Position numbers and translations under genes: made by a program
The notes under the pieces: model-generated
Told to the model about the DNA's origin: nothing
Database searches by the model: none
Seen by the model: only the letters and a program-made list of their open reading frames with translations
Assembly (NCBI GenBank): GCA_045604705.1
Contig: JAZUOO010000043.1
Span: forward strand, 7,597 to 71,596
DNA: 64,000 bases
Reading direction: 5' to 3'
DNA from: Eubacteriales bacterium
Lineage (GTDB): Bacteria; Bacillota; Clostridia; Oscillospirales; CAG-382
Shown here: one piece after another, positions 1-8,147 of the stretch
Layout: each line of letters opens with the position of its first letter
Position numbering within the stretch: the stretch's first letter is position 1

Positions 1-1
1 T

Positions 2-832
2 ATTCAGAGAGGTGTTACTGAGCAAATCAAGCACAATGAGACTTGGAAGGACAAGGCAACAGAATGGTCTATGAAGGGCGCAGAGATGGCGGATAAGATT
101 ACTTGGGGCTATTTGTGGAATGCCTGTGAACTTGAAGTCAGAGACAAGCGCAAGGACTTGAAGGTTGGCAGTGAGGAATTCTACACGGCTATAGCCAAGA
201 GACTTCGTGAAGTAATCTACGCTACTCAGGTGGTTGACTCTACAATGACACGAAGCCAAATGATGAGAAGTAATCAGTTTTACGATAAAATGCTTACTTC
301 ATTTGCTTCAGAGCCTACTCTCGCATACAATATGCTGTTAGATGCATATATGGGCTGCAGTCTTGATGCGAGAAAGATGGGCACAAAGGAAGCACTTAAG
401 AAGAATGGCAAGAGGATGGCAAGAATATTTTTAGCTTATACAATGACAAATGCTGTTGCCGCTTTTATTGAAGCTGCCTTTGATGCTTATAGAGATGACG
501 ATGAGGAAGAGAAGGACCTTGGGTATTTTGCAAAGTTATATTTTGAAAACTTCTTTAATGATATGAGCATTACCGCAAAGATTCCTTACATCAAGGAATT
601 CCATTCTGTTATAAAGGGTTTCAGTACATCACGCACCGATACTCAATGGATGGAGAGCATATTCAAAGCTATGTCAAGATGGTGGAAAATTTTTACAACA
701 GATAAAGGAAACACGGCGCAGGCAGTTAAGGATTCGCTAAAGGCTATTTCGTATATGTCGGGGCTTCCTTTCTACAATTTGTACAGAGATACTAAGCTTG
801 AAAAACTAATAGCAGAGTTGTTCGAGGGCTAA
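2..832 (+). CDS. phage-associated protein, C-terminal part (5' end outside window), function unknown
   Basis: The frame is open from nt 2 (no stop upstream of the listed ATG at 71) and ends with TAA at 830-832. It lies directly upstream of the tail-type gene and the att fragment. No family recognised by eye. Confidence 0.55.
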   Translation: MQRGVTEQIKHNETWKDKATEWSMKGAEMADKITWGYLWNACELEVRDKRKDLKVGSEEFYTAIAKRLREVIYATQVVDSTMTRSQMMRSNQFYDKMLTSFASEPTLAYNMLLDAYMGCSLDARKMGTKEALKKNGKRMARIFLAYTMTNAVAAFIEAAFDAYRDDDEEEKDLGYFAKLYFENFFNDMSITAKIPYIKEFHSVIKGFSTSRTDTQWMESIFKAMSRWWKIFTTDKGNTAQAVKDSLKAISYMSGLPFYNLYRDTKLEKLIAELFEG

Positions 833-905
833 ATTAAACTTGTGTTGGTGGGGTGGCAAAGCTCCACCAACTCGGATATAATAAAACCGAAGAGGGGGAA
901 TAAAA

Positions 906-3182
906 ATGGAAAAGATAATCTACAGAAAAACACTTGACGTTCATAAGAACGGTATTCAGTTTACATTGCAGGGGTTTGAGACTGCTGACAATATGTCAAG
1001 GCGACTTGAAATAAGCCTTATGGCCAGTGGTGATGCGATAGATTTTCCTTTGGAGGATGTGGTAGCACAGGTATATGTCACCACTCCGAATGCGACAGAG
1101 CCAAGTATCGAGCATTGTGTCATCAGGGACAATGTGATAATTTATGATATGACTCCGATAGTCAAGGAGGGCATTACGGAAATGCAGATAAAGATTATTG
1201 GTATGCGAGTAGGTGGTGCTAAAGCTGTGCTTGCATCTCCGAGGTTTGCCGTTGAGGTGACAAAGAGCAATATCGATGACGAATCTGCGATGCAAAGTAC
1301 ATCTTTCACAGCTCTTGAGAATGCTGTTGCGAAAGCTAATGCTATATATAATGCTAGACTTCTCAGAATTGAGGTTGATGATAATTGCGTATTTAAGGCG
1401 TACTATGCAGACGGAACGGTATACGAAACAGATGCGATACAGAAGCAGATTCTGCAGGTAACTACTGATATGGATTTGACAGCTCTTGTAAGAGATGGTC
1501 TTACCAATTTCACGGCAGATGAGGTTGCATCAGAGCTGGATGAGAGATACAGCAAATTGTTCAGCACTGCGAAATATACTGCAAACCTTTTATTTGACTG
1601 TCCTGAAGCAATGTTTGTAAGGTGGGATTCGGAGACGGAAAATACACCATTCAAAGCAGGTCTTACAGATATTCAGGAAGGATTTGCACTTGTTTGCGGC
1701 AAAAAAGATAAAAACCATACTATAACAGCATGGACTAACGGGGGTGCAGGCTCTTGTTGCTTTGTTTATTCAAAAACAGAAGAAAACATAGGAGGTTGGA
1801 ACAGTCTTTTTGAATCTTTAGCAGGCGAGGGACTTGCGAGAAAAGACCTTTCAAATGTTGATGACGAGGTGTTTTCGGAAAAGATGGAGCGTGCAGAAAA
1901 TTTTGGAACAATAAAGTTTCAAGACGATTTGTACGACTGCGTTCTCGGAAATCCATATTTCTATCTGTCAAGCACCGTAAGTGTCTCTGAATGTAAGGGC
2001 GTATTTCTCAGTGAAGATTGCATTGGGTATATATCGTACACAACGCAAGCTTTTTATAGCAGAGAGACTGGAGAACTTCTCTATAAATTTACTGTTGATA
2101 TGACTGGTAATGGTGATAAAATTACAGTTTTTGAAGAACATCCGAAAGATATATGTATAGTAAGGTGTTCCGACCGAGTTCATGACAAGTGCTATCAGCA
2201 CATCTTCAATTATAAAACTGGCAAGCATGCCTGTTTACGAGAATTTGATGATGGCGGTGACGATGTATTTACTCACTTTGGTGGTCAGAAAGGAGACTCA
2301 TTATATTTCTATCATCCAGTTAATGTATTTTCTTTTCGCTCTGATGCAGTCAAAGTCACAGAGTTGAATGCAAGCACCTTAGAAATAATTTCAACATCCA
2401 GACAAATAAATTTACCAAAGCCGAATAATTCATTAATTTGTTACGATGACGAAATAGCTTATTGCTACTCTGAAGCGTGCTTCTATATACCTTGGGTAAA
2501 TTATACTTCTGAAATATTCTATCTATATAAAGTAGATTTATCTGCTGGTGATTGTGAGACTATGACAATAATAGATGTCACTGAAGAGGGCTTAAAATTA
2601 AATTCTCAAGTATTGTTTATGGATAGGGATAAATCTGAGCTATATTTCAAATATAGAACTTCGCTAGATGGCAATGTAGTAGATGATAAGTTTGCAAGAT
2701 ATAATTACGAGAAAAAGTCTCTTACAGTATTGTGTAATAATCTAGTTGAAAAAAATGTTAATCGCTACATAGGTAATACCTCTAATAACGCGGTTGTATT
2801 GGAGTATGAAGATTACTACTTGCGAGAGATAAATTTAAATACCGGTGAATTATTAAAAATCTCTCCAGAAAAGCATAGATATTACATTAATTCCGCCGCC
2901 TATAATAAATATTATCGTGATGTATATGGAAAATATATATTCTCTTATGCTTATAGTGTAAACAATGTCGTTGATACAATATGTCTCGCGGAAATATCTA
3001 ACTTTGAAAGATTTAAATTGTCTTACAAAAAATTAGGTAGTGAATCTAAAGGTTCACAAGAAAATTTGTTAATTCAAAGATTTGGAAATGAATATATAAT
3101 GTTTTCTGATCCATACTACACCATATATAACGGAAAAGATTTACCTAGTGCGAGAGACATAATAACACTTATAAGAAAATAA
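906..3182 (+). CDS. phage tail/baseplate (receptor-binding type) protein with a BppU_N-like N-terminal Ig domain and a Tyr/Asn-rich C-terminal module
   Basis: RBS AGAGGGGG lies upstream of ATG 906. The N-terminal ~130 aa (KTLDVHKNGIQFTLQGFETADNMSRRLEISL..DFPLEDV..QVYVTTPN..MQIKIIG..SPRFAVEVTKS) fits the pattern I associate with BppU_N domains of siphophage baseplate proteins. The C-terminal ~400 aa has repeated YY/YF-turn motifs (beta-propeller-like guess) and is much more AT-rich. Confidence 0.6.
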   Translation: MEKIIYRKTLDVHKNGIQFTLQGFETADNMSRRLEISLMASGDAIDFPLEDVVAQVYVTTPNATEPSIEHCVIRDNVIIYDMTPIVKEGITEMQIKIIGMRVGGAKAVLASPRFAVEVTKSNIDDESAMQSTSFTALENAVAKANAIYNARLLRIEVDDNCVFKAYYADGTVYETDAIQKQILQVTTDMDLTALVRDGLTNFTADEVASELDERYSKLFSTAKYTANLLFDCPEAMFVRWDSETENTPFKAGLTDIQEGFALVCGKKDKNHTITAWTNGGAGSCCFVYSKTEENIGGWNSLFESLAGEGLARKDLSNVDDEVFSEKMERAENFGTIKFQDDLYDCVLGNPYFYLSSTVSVSECKGVFLSEDCIGYISYTTQAFYSRETGELLYKFTVDMTGNGDKITVFEEHPKDICIVRCSDRVHDKCYQHIFNYKTGKHACLREFDDGGDDVFTHFGGQKGDSLYFYHPVNVFSFRSDAVKVTELNASTLEIISTSRQINLPKPNNSLICYDDEIAYCYSEACFYIPWVNYTSEIFYLYKVDLSAGDCETMTIIDVTEEGLKLNSQVLFMDRDKSELYFKYRTSLDGNVVDDKFARYNYEKKSLTVLCNNLVEKNVNRYIGNTSNNAVVLEYEDYYLREINLNTGELLKISPEKHRYYINSAAYNKYYRDVYGKYIFSYAYSVNNVVDTICLAEISNFERFKLSYKKLGSESKGSQENLLIQRFGNEYIMFSDPYYTIYNGKDLPSARDIITLIRK

Positions 3183-3262
3183 AATAATAATACAAATTAT
3201 CAAAGAATTGTGGTCAAAATGTGGTCAATTTCGCTTTAAGCCTTGTATACTGGAGGATGTTA

Positions 3263-3289
3263 AGAGTTCGAATCTCTCCTTCTCCGCCA
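3263..3289 (+). other. orphan 3' fragment of tRNA-Ser (T-loop, T-stem 3' strand, acceptor 3' strand, discriminator G, CCA); putative attR core
   Basis: AGAG-TTCGAAT-CTCTC-CTTCTCC-G-CCA. Bacterial tRNA-Ser genes end ...CCTTCTCCGCCA. The complementary 5' acceptor strand GGAGAAG is absent from the preceding ~100 nt, so there is no full cloverleaf. Confidence 0.7.
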
Positions 3290-3290
3290 C

Positions 3291-3326
3291 AAGAACTAAG
3301 CCTGAAAACGGTTTGGTTCTTTTTTT
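3291..3326 (+). terminator. intrinsic terminator immediately after the tRNA-Ser fragment
   Basis: 12-bp stem AAGAACTAAGCC / GGTTTGGTTCTT (two G-U wobbles), 7-nt loop, T7 run. Confidence 0.7.
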
Positions 3327-3375
3327 GTTTTTATGTAAAAATGCTTGAATTAACTGTTAAAAAAACAGAAATGAC

Positions 3376-3404
3376 TTGAAATGTATTTTTCCCTGTGATA
3401 TAAT
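3376..3404 (+). promoter_or_regulatory. sigma-A type promoter for the 3437 operon
   Basis: TTGAAA - 17 nt - TATAAT, preceded by TGA (extended -10 TGnTATAAT). Confidence 0.5.
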
Positions 3405-3436
3405 TATTCAATGAAATTTTAATTGAGGTAAATGCC

Positions 3437-4261
3437 ATGCTCCCAAAAATGAAAATAGGCGACCTGGAAGTATCAAGAATTATCGTTGGAAGTAATCCTT
3501 TTACCGGTAAATCCCATATGAACAACGAAGTTGACTTAGATATGAAAGAGTACTTCACCGAAGAAAAAGTCTATGAAATGCTCCGAAAATGTGAAGAAGT
3601 CGGCATTAATGCGGTACAGTCAAGAGGAAGTATGCCCATTATGGGACTGCTCGGAAAATACCGCACAAACGGCGGAAAGCTCATGTGGCTCGCTCAGACA
3701 GGCAAGAATCTCACAACATTTGATGAAGAGCTTGATGAAATGATGAAATACAATCCGTCGGCAGTTTGCATCCACGGTGAATTGTCGGATGATCTGTTTT
3801 TGACGGGAAATCTTGATAAACTGTCCGCACTTCTTGATAAAATAAGACGTAAAAATATACCTTGCGGTGTATGCTCCCATTTTCCTGAGGTACTTACATA
3901 CACCGAAGAAAATAACCTCAAACCGGATTATTACATGGCATCAATGTACAATCTTTTTCAGCCGGATCGTTCCAAAGACCTAAATCCGATCGGAGAACGG
4001 TTTGAAGACAGCGACCTGCCGATAATGTATAACGTCATTCGTAGTTTGTCAGCTCCTACATTCGCTCTGAAGATTCTCGGTGCGGGAAGAAGATGTTCAA
4101 CGCAGGAACAGGTGCGAAATGTATTTATAGAAGCCTTCACCTCTATGAAAAAAGGAGACGGAGTGCTTGTAGGTATGTTTGACAAATATGTCGATCAGGT
4201 AAAGCTCAATGCCCAATATACTGTTGAAGCAATACAGATTGCCGAAAATTTCGATAAGTAA
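3437..4261 (+). CDS. hypothetical cytoplasmic protein (possibly TIM-barrel-like), family not recognised
   Basis: GAGGT RBS 8 nt upstream of the ATG. 274-aa ORF with ordinary composition and no signal peptide. The N-terminal LEVSRIIVGSNPFTG is only vaguely reminiscent of aldo/keto-reductase-type barrels. Confidence 0.7.
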   Translation: MLPKMKIGDLEVSRIIVGSNPFTGKSHMNNEVDLDMKEYFTEEKVYEMLRKCEEVGINAVQSRGSMPIMGLLGKYRTNGGKLMWLAQTGKNLTTFDEELDEMMKYNPSAVCIHGELSDDLFLTGNLDKLSALLDKIRRKNIPCGVCSHFPEVLTYTEENNLKPDYYMASMYNLFQPDRSKDLNPIGERFEDSDLPIMYNVIRSLSAPTFALKILGAGRRCSTQEQVRNVFIEAFTSMKKGDGVLVGMFDKYVDQVKLNAQYTVEAIQIAENFDK

Positions 4262-4293
4262 TTTAAAAATGATTCTATAATTAAAGAGTGTTT

Positions 4294-5871
4294 ATGAAAA
4301 GAATATCATTATTTGCTTGTAGTTTAATATTGACTGTGTTGACTGTATGTCTTACGGTTTTTGCTGTCGATAACAGCGAAATAATTCTGAAATCAGATTC
4401 TTCGTTCAATTCCGTTTATTCAGGAAACAGTGGTAGTATAACCATTAAAGGTGAAAATTCCGGGATAAAACTTTCACTTCCCTCTGAAATTATCCTTAGC
4501 TCCGATATAATAATTACAAATCTCACATTATCAGGCGAATCCACAATATACGCAAACGGATACCACTTATACATAGATGAAACCGTAACCTCCGATTCAA
4601 GGCTTAGCGTATACGGCGGTGCAAAGGGAGGTTCAGTGGAAAGTACAAGCATTGAGCTTTACGGCGGTCTTTATAAAACTGTATATGCAGGCGGCTACAA
4701 TGGAACCGTTACAGGAAATACAAACCTCATTTTCGGAGGAGACAGCAACAGCGGTGACGGCATAAACGATCAGAATACATCAACGTTATCCCCATGCTAC
4801 ATATATGGCGGTGGAAACAACGGTCAGGTTCTCGGGAGTACGAATGTTACACTTGACGGAAAAGCAGTTGCAAGATATATTTTCGGTGCGGGAACAGGCA
4901 CAAACGGGACGGCAGTGAACACGAACATTGTAATTAACGGCGGCAAAGTAATGAACGTATACGGCGGTGCATCAAGCACGATGCTTACAAGCTGTGATAC
5001 AAACATCATCATGACCGGCGGTATGGCAGAGTCGGTTTTCGGAGGAAGTTCTCAAAACAACTTCGAGGGTAATACCTATGTGACACTTCTTGGCGGAGAG
5101 GTTACAAGACGTGTGTATACGGGATGCTACAATGATTGGTCTGTGACATGGAAATCGTCTTATTTTGTAAACGGAACGACAAATCTTATAATAGGCGCAA
5201 ATGTAAAACTCAACACCCAAAACGGACTCGCCCTGCAGAATCAGACAAATGTTGGTGTGTTTGCAGGAAGCAGACTCGGAAATAAAGGCAATACAAATGA
5301 AATAAATACTATAATATTCATTGATGACTGCTATTCTGTTCAGAAAAATAAGATAGGTGAAAACTCTTCTTTCTCCTGGTTGTTTTACAGTCATGCTAAG
5401 TATTCGGTTGATTGCGGAGAGGGTGGAGAAATCAAAATCGGTGAATCAGAGGGAGAAATTATATGTAGACCCGATTTCGGAAAGTATTTAAGCGTAAACG
5501 GAGTTGTTTCCGAACAATTCGGTGTAAAATTATCCGAATCTCAAGTTACTGCTGTTGATTTTTTCGATAATTTTGCAATAAACTCAGTTGAAGTATCCGA
5601 AGCGGGTAATAACACCAAGAACGTAAATATCAACATTACCCATAAAAATGTATTTGAAGCAAAATCTCCTATGCTGATAGTATCACTTAAGAACTCTGCT
5701 GGTCGTATAATCGGAATATACACTGCACGTATAGAAAAAGACGACTACTCGTTTGTCATAGATACTACAGAAAAAGAAACGGATGCGATAGAGGTCTTTA
5801 TTATTGACGCATCCCTCTCTCCGCTGTGCAGTTCCTATGGCAAATATGATATTAATATTTGGCAACCATAA
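4294..5871 (+). CDS. secreted repeat protein, predicted right-handed beta-helix (YGG/GG-x-TN-x-I/L repeats)
   Basis: Signal peptide MKRISLFACSLILTVLTVCLTVFA. Roughly 20-22 aa periodic units (VYGGAKGG.., YAGGYNGTVTGNTNLIFGG, IYGGGNNGQVLGSTNVTLDG, VYGGASS..TNIIMTGG, VFGGSSQNNFEGNTYVTLLGG). ATG 4294 preferred over GTG 4288. Confidence 0.8.
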   Translation: MKRISLFACSLILTVLTVCLTVFAVDNSEIILKSDSSFNSVYSGNSGSITIKGENSGIKLSLPSEIILSSDIIITNLTLSGESTIYANGYHLYIDETVTSDSRLSVYGGAKGGSVESTSIELYGGLYKTVYAGGYNGTVTGNTNLIFGGDSNSGDGINDQNTSTLSPCYIYGGGNNGQVLGSTNVTLDGKAVARYIFGAGTGTNGTAVNTNIVINGGKVMNVYGGASSTMLTSCDTNIIMTGGMAESVFGGSSQNNFEGNTYVTLLGGEVTRRVYTGCYNDWSVTWKSSYFVNGTTNLIIGANVKLNTQNGLALQNQTNVGVFAGSRLGNKGNTNEINTIIFIDDCYSVQKNKIGENSSFSWLFYSHAKYSVDCGEGGEIKIGESEGEIICRPDFGKYLSVNGVVSEQFGVKLSESQVTAVDFFDNFAINSVEVSEAGNNTKNVNINITHKNVFEAKSPMLIVSLKNSAGRIIGIYTARIEKDDYSFVIDTTEKETDAIEVFIIDASLSPLCSSYGKYDINIWQP

Positions 5872-6041
5872 AAACTCATATTTTCAAAAGTGGCGAAATT
5901 CTGTTTTGTGAATCTTAAACAATAAATTAGTTTTATGAAGTGGTAGACAGCTTTGATTTTTGTCATAAGTGACGCTTTTTTCATCGGGCTGTCCCATAGC
6001 ATCAACGAAGCATGAACGTCCTGTACAATTGCATAAAAGAG

Positions 6042-6086
6042 CCGAGGTCATTTGCGTTTCTTTGCACATTTGACCTCGGATTTTTG
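6042..6086 (+). terminator. hairpin + T-run, probable terminator about 170 nt downstream of the beta-helix gene
   Basis: CCGAGGTCA ... TGACCTCGG (9 bp, 20-nt loop) followed by ATTTTTG. An A-run upstream makes it potentially bidirectional. Confidence 0.5.
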
Positions 6087-6151
6087 TTGATTATTCACAG
6101 GTGTTGTCTTGGATAAACCAATTTCAGACAGCCGCTTTTTATTAAATTTTC

Positions 6152-6180
6152 TTGACAACATTCTATGTATATGTTACAAT
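6152..6180 (+). promoter_or_regulatory. sigma-A type promoter for the lipoprotein gene
   Basis: TTGACA - 17 nt - TACAAT with upstream TGT (extended -10). Confidence 0.55.
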
Positions 6181-6212
6181 ATAATTACAGAATTAAACAA
6201 GGAGGCTTTACC

Positions 6213-7457
6213 ATGAAAAAAACAGTTATTTTCCTTCTGGTACTTTCACTCGTGATATTCTCGGGATGTATATCAACATCCAATACCAAAACACCGGAAG
6301 CTTCTTTGGAAACCGGCAGTACCGAAATTTCTCACGTTAATGATTCCTTACAAGATGAAGAAATACTTCCGACCGTCGATGAAACACAACCGGAAATGCC
6401 GGAAACGCATGAAACGACCGAAACAAACGACACATCCGTTGCACCGCTGTTTGATGTATCATTGTACTCGTCAAAGGCTGTCCCCACCGTAATTGACGCA
6501 GCTAACCTTGTTCAGACTGAAGTTTTTGACGGAAGCTATGAGTACACCTATGTGGTAAATATCCCTAAAATAGCTTCGGATAAACCGGGTGCTGTATCTT
6601 TTAATGAAAGAATATATTCGGAATACGCCGATTTGCTTAATATACCGGAATACAAATCGGGAGGCAATCTGCATCAAATAACATATACTTATTCAGATTA
6701 TGACGGAATAATCGTTATACACTTCAATGAGGCTTACGGTTTGTATCAATCCGAGGGTGCAGGATGCGGAACAACATTCTATTATGACAGCGTAACCGAC
6801 AAGGAACTGACCAAAGAGGAGTATCTTGCACATTTTGGCATTGATGAAGAAATACTTGTAAGGATGTCAATGTGGAGCGTGGGTGACTCGGAATGGACCA
6901 AAATGAAATACGGTCGTACTCTCACAGCCATGGAAGAATCCGATTTTGTATATAAACCGGGATTTGGAGAGCTATGGTTCTCTCGACCCGATACCACTTC
7001 AGAACCTGAAGGCTTTGCCGTAAGCGATAAGACAGTTTCAGTTTACTATAATCTGCGTGCATATACGGGCTTTGAACAGGTTGTTGAAATTGATGTTGAA
7101 AAAGGATTGCCGTGCCATCCTAAATTCTTTATATCAACCCAACCTACGGGCATTTATGAGAGCGATGCCGAAGGACTTTGTGTTACATACAAGGACGGAA
7201 AAATCGAAAGTGCTCTTGTCAGTGAGGGGATACCGGTTGATGAGATTACAATAACAAATTCAAGCATTCAGATAATAAGTGACAGAGAATACCGCGGATT
7301 TACCTTTGATTCCTATGTTGAAGTAAACGGCAAAGCGGTTGACAGCGGAGGTTCCGCAGGATTATACGGTGCAGATAAAGTCTGCGATATATATTACTTC
7401 CCGAGAGCCGAATATACAGATACTCTTGTTATAAAAATCATTAATGAGCAAAAATAA
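6213..7457 (+). CDS. lipoprotein of unknown function
   Basis: AAGGAGG RBS precedes ATG 6213 (the listed upstream start at 6165 is unlikely). Signal with lipobox MKKTVIFLLVLSLVIFSGC. Acidic Thr/Glu/Pro-rich linker followed by a globular domain. Confidence 0.8.
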   Translation: MKKTVIFLLVLSLVIFSGCISTSNTKTPEASLETGSTEISHVNDSLQDEEILPTVDETQPEMPETHETTETNDTSVAPLFDVSLYSSKAVPTVIDAANLVQTEVFDGSYEYTYVVNIPKIASDKPGAVSFNERIYSEYADLLNIPEYKSGGNLHQITYTYSDYDGIIVIHFNEAYGLYQSEGAGCGTTFYYDSVTDKELTKEEYLAHFGIDEEILVRMSMWSVGDSEWTKMKYGRTLTAMEESDFVYKPGFGELWFSRPDTTSEPEGFAVSDKTVSVYYNLRAYTGFEQVVEIDVEKGLPCHPKFFISTQPTGIYESDAEGLCVTYKDGKIESALVSEGIPVDEITITNSSIQIISDREYRGFTFDSYVEVNGKAVDSGGSAGLYGADKVCDIYYFPRAEYTDTLVIKIINEQK

Positions 7458-7559
7458 TATCACTGAAAGTCTAACAAATAAAACACTTTGAAAAATGTGT
7501 ATCAAACACCCTCGCAGGAAGTGCAATTCAAAGCTATTTTATAACCGATAACAAGGACT

Positions 7560-7828
7560 GTGAATAAACAGGCATTTGCAGACATTGGAATCGAGGATGT
7601 GCAGCAGATAATCTTCGGCGGCTCGGAAAAGTGAATAGTGAAGCCCGAAGAATTTTTTATCTCCGATGAGTTTGAGCTTACAGGTGAAAAAGGGGATTAT
7701 ATCTGCATCGAAATAACCTTTAAGGGTACAAAAGTCCCATATCACGATGAAGCACAAATACCGATTTATTTTTATGAAGATGGCAAATTCATATTCTGTC
7801 ATAACCACCGGTACGGTGGTTATGACAG
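7560..7828 (+). pseudogene. interrupted or decayed ORF of unknown family (in-frame TGA at 7632-7634)
   Basis: GTG 7560 gives ..NKQAFADIGIEDVQQIIFGGSEK, then TGA, then the same frame continues IVKPEEFFISDEFELTGEKGDYICIEITFKGTKVPYHDEAQIPIYFYEDGKFIF. The frame then runs through a 15-bp perfect hairpin and antisense to the next gene. Confidence 0.3.
7796..7828. terminator. perfect 15-bp inverted repeat (3-nt loop), likely bidirectional terminator
   Basis: CTGTCATAACCACCG-GTA-CGGTGGTTATGACAG, followed on + by ATTTATTTATTTG. It lies 7 nt downstream of the stop of the minus-strand 7835 gene. Confidence 0.6.
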
Positions 7829-7834
7829 ATTTAT

Positions 7835-8056
7835 TTATTTGATTGAGTTTCGGTTTTTCTTTGTATCTTTGACGGCAGTTCCCATTCTTGATTCTTCCGT
7901 CGGTACATCCTCAAACATATCGGAAAGACTGTCAGCCTCTTCCTCGGATAAAGGCAGCTTTGCACCGTATCCGGTAAATTCATTGACGCTTGCAACGGGA
8001 TTTGTCAGAAAAGCATCGGCACTCGGATGGGGCTTGTCATTTTTATTTTTATTCAT
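7835..8056 (-). CDS. small acidic hypothetical protein (73 aa from the second Met)
   Basis: GAAAGGAA RBS 8 nt upstream of ATG at 8056. Product is disordered-looking (..LPLSEEEADSLSDMFEDVPTEESRMG..). Followed by the 15-bp hairpin. No family recognised. Confidence 0.5.
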   Translation of the reverse strand: MNKNKNDKPHPSADAFLTNPVASVNEFTGYGAKLPLSEEEADSLSDMFEDVPTEESRMGTAVKDTKKNRNSIK

Positions 8057-8147
8057 AAAGATCATTCCTTTCGGCTTTATTATTATAAGTTATATTACTA
8101 TAATATTCTGCCACGTGTGAAATGATATTATAGATGAAAATAATTCT

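Larger units (their letters stand above)
1..3289. mobile_element. right-hand end of an integrated prophage or prophage remnant; the rest lies left of the window
   Basis: Phage-type ORFs (BppU_N-like tail protein) run up to an orphan tRNA-Ser 3' fragment at 3263-3289, which is followed by a native-looking terminator. No integrase, lysis genes or att partner are visible in-window. Confidence 0.6.

Noticed and set aside
906-3182. Diversity-generating retroelement target (variable C-terminal region of a phage tail protein)
   Set aside because: There is no reverse transcriptase and no template-repeat copy of the 3' end anywhere in the window. The AT-richness extends over ~800 nt rather than a short VR.
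5884-6069. 61-aa minus-strand ORF in the spacer after the beta-helix gene
   Set aside because: Its start codon is buried inside the terminator hairpin, it has no RBS, and I recognise no motif.
7632-7634. In-frame TGA as possible recoding (Sec/Trp/Gly) or alternative genetic code
   Set aside because: TGA clearly terminates well-conserved genes in this window (mcsA at 28509-28511, pflB at 55574-55576). No SECIS-like hairpin follows it, so a pseudogene is the simpler reading.
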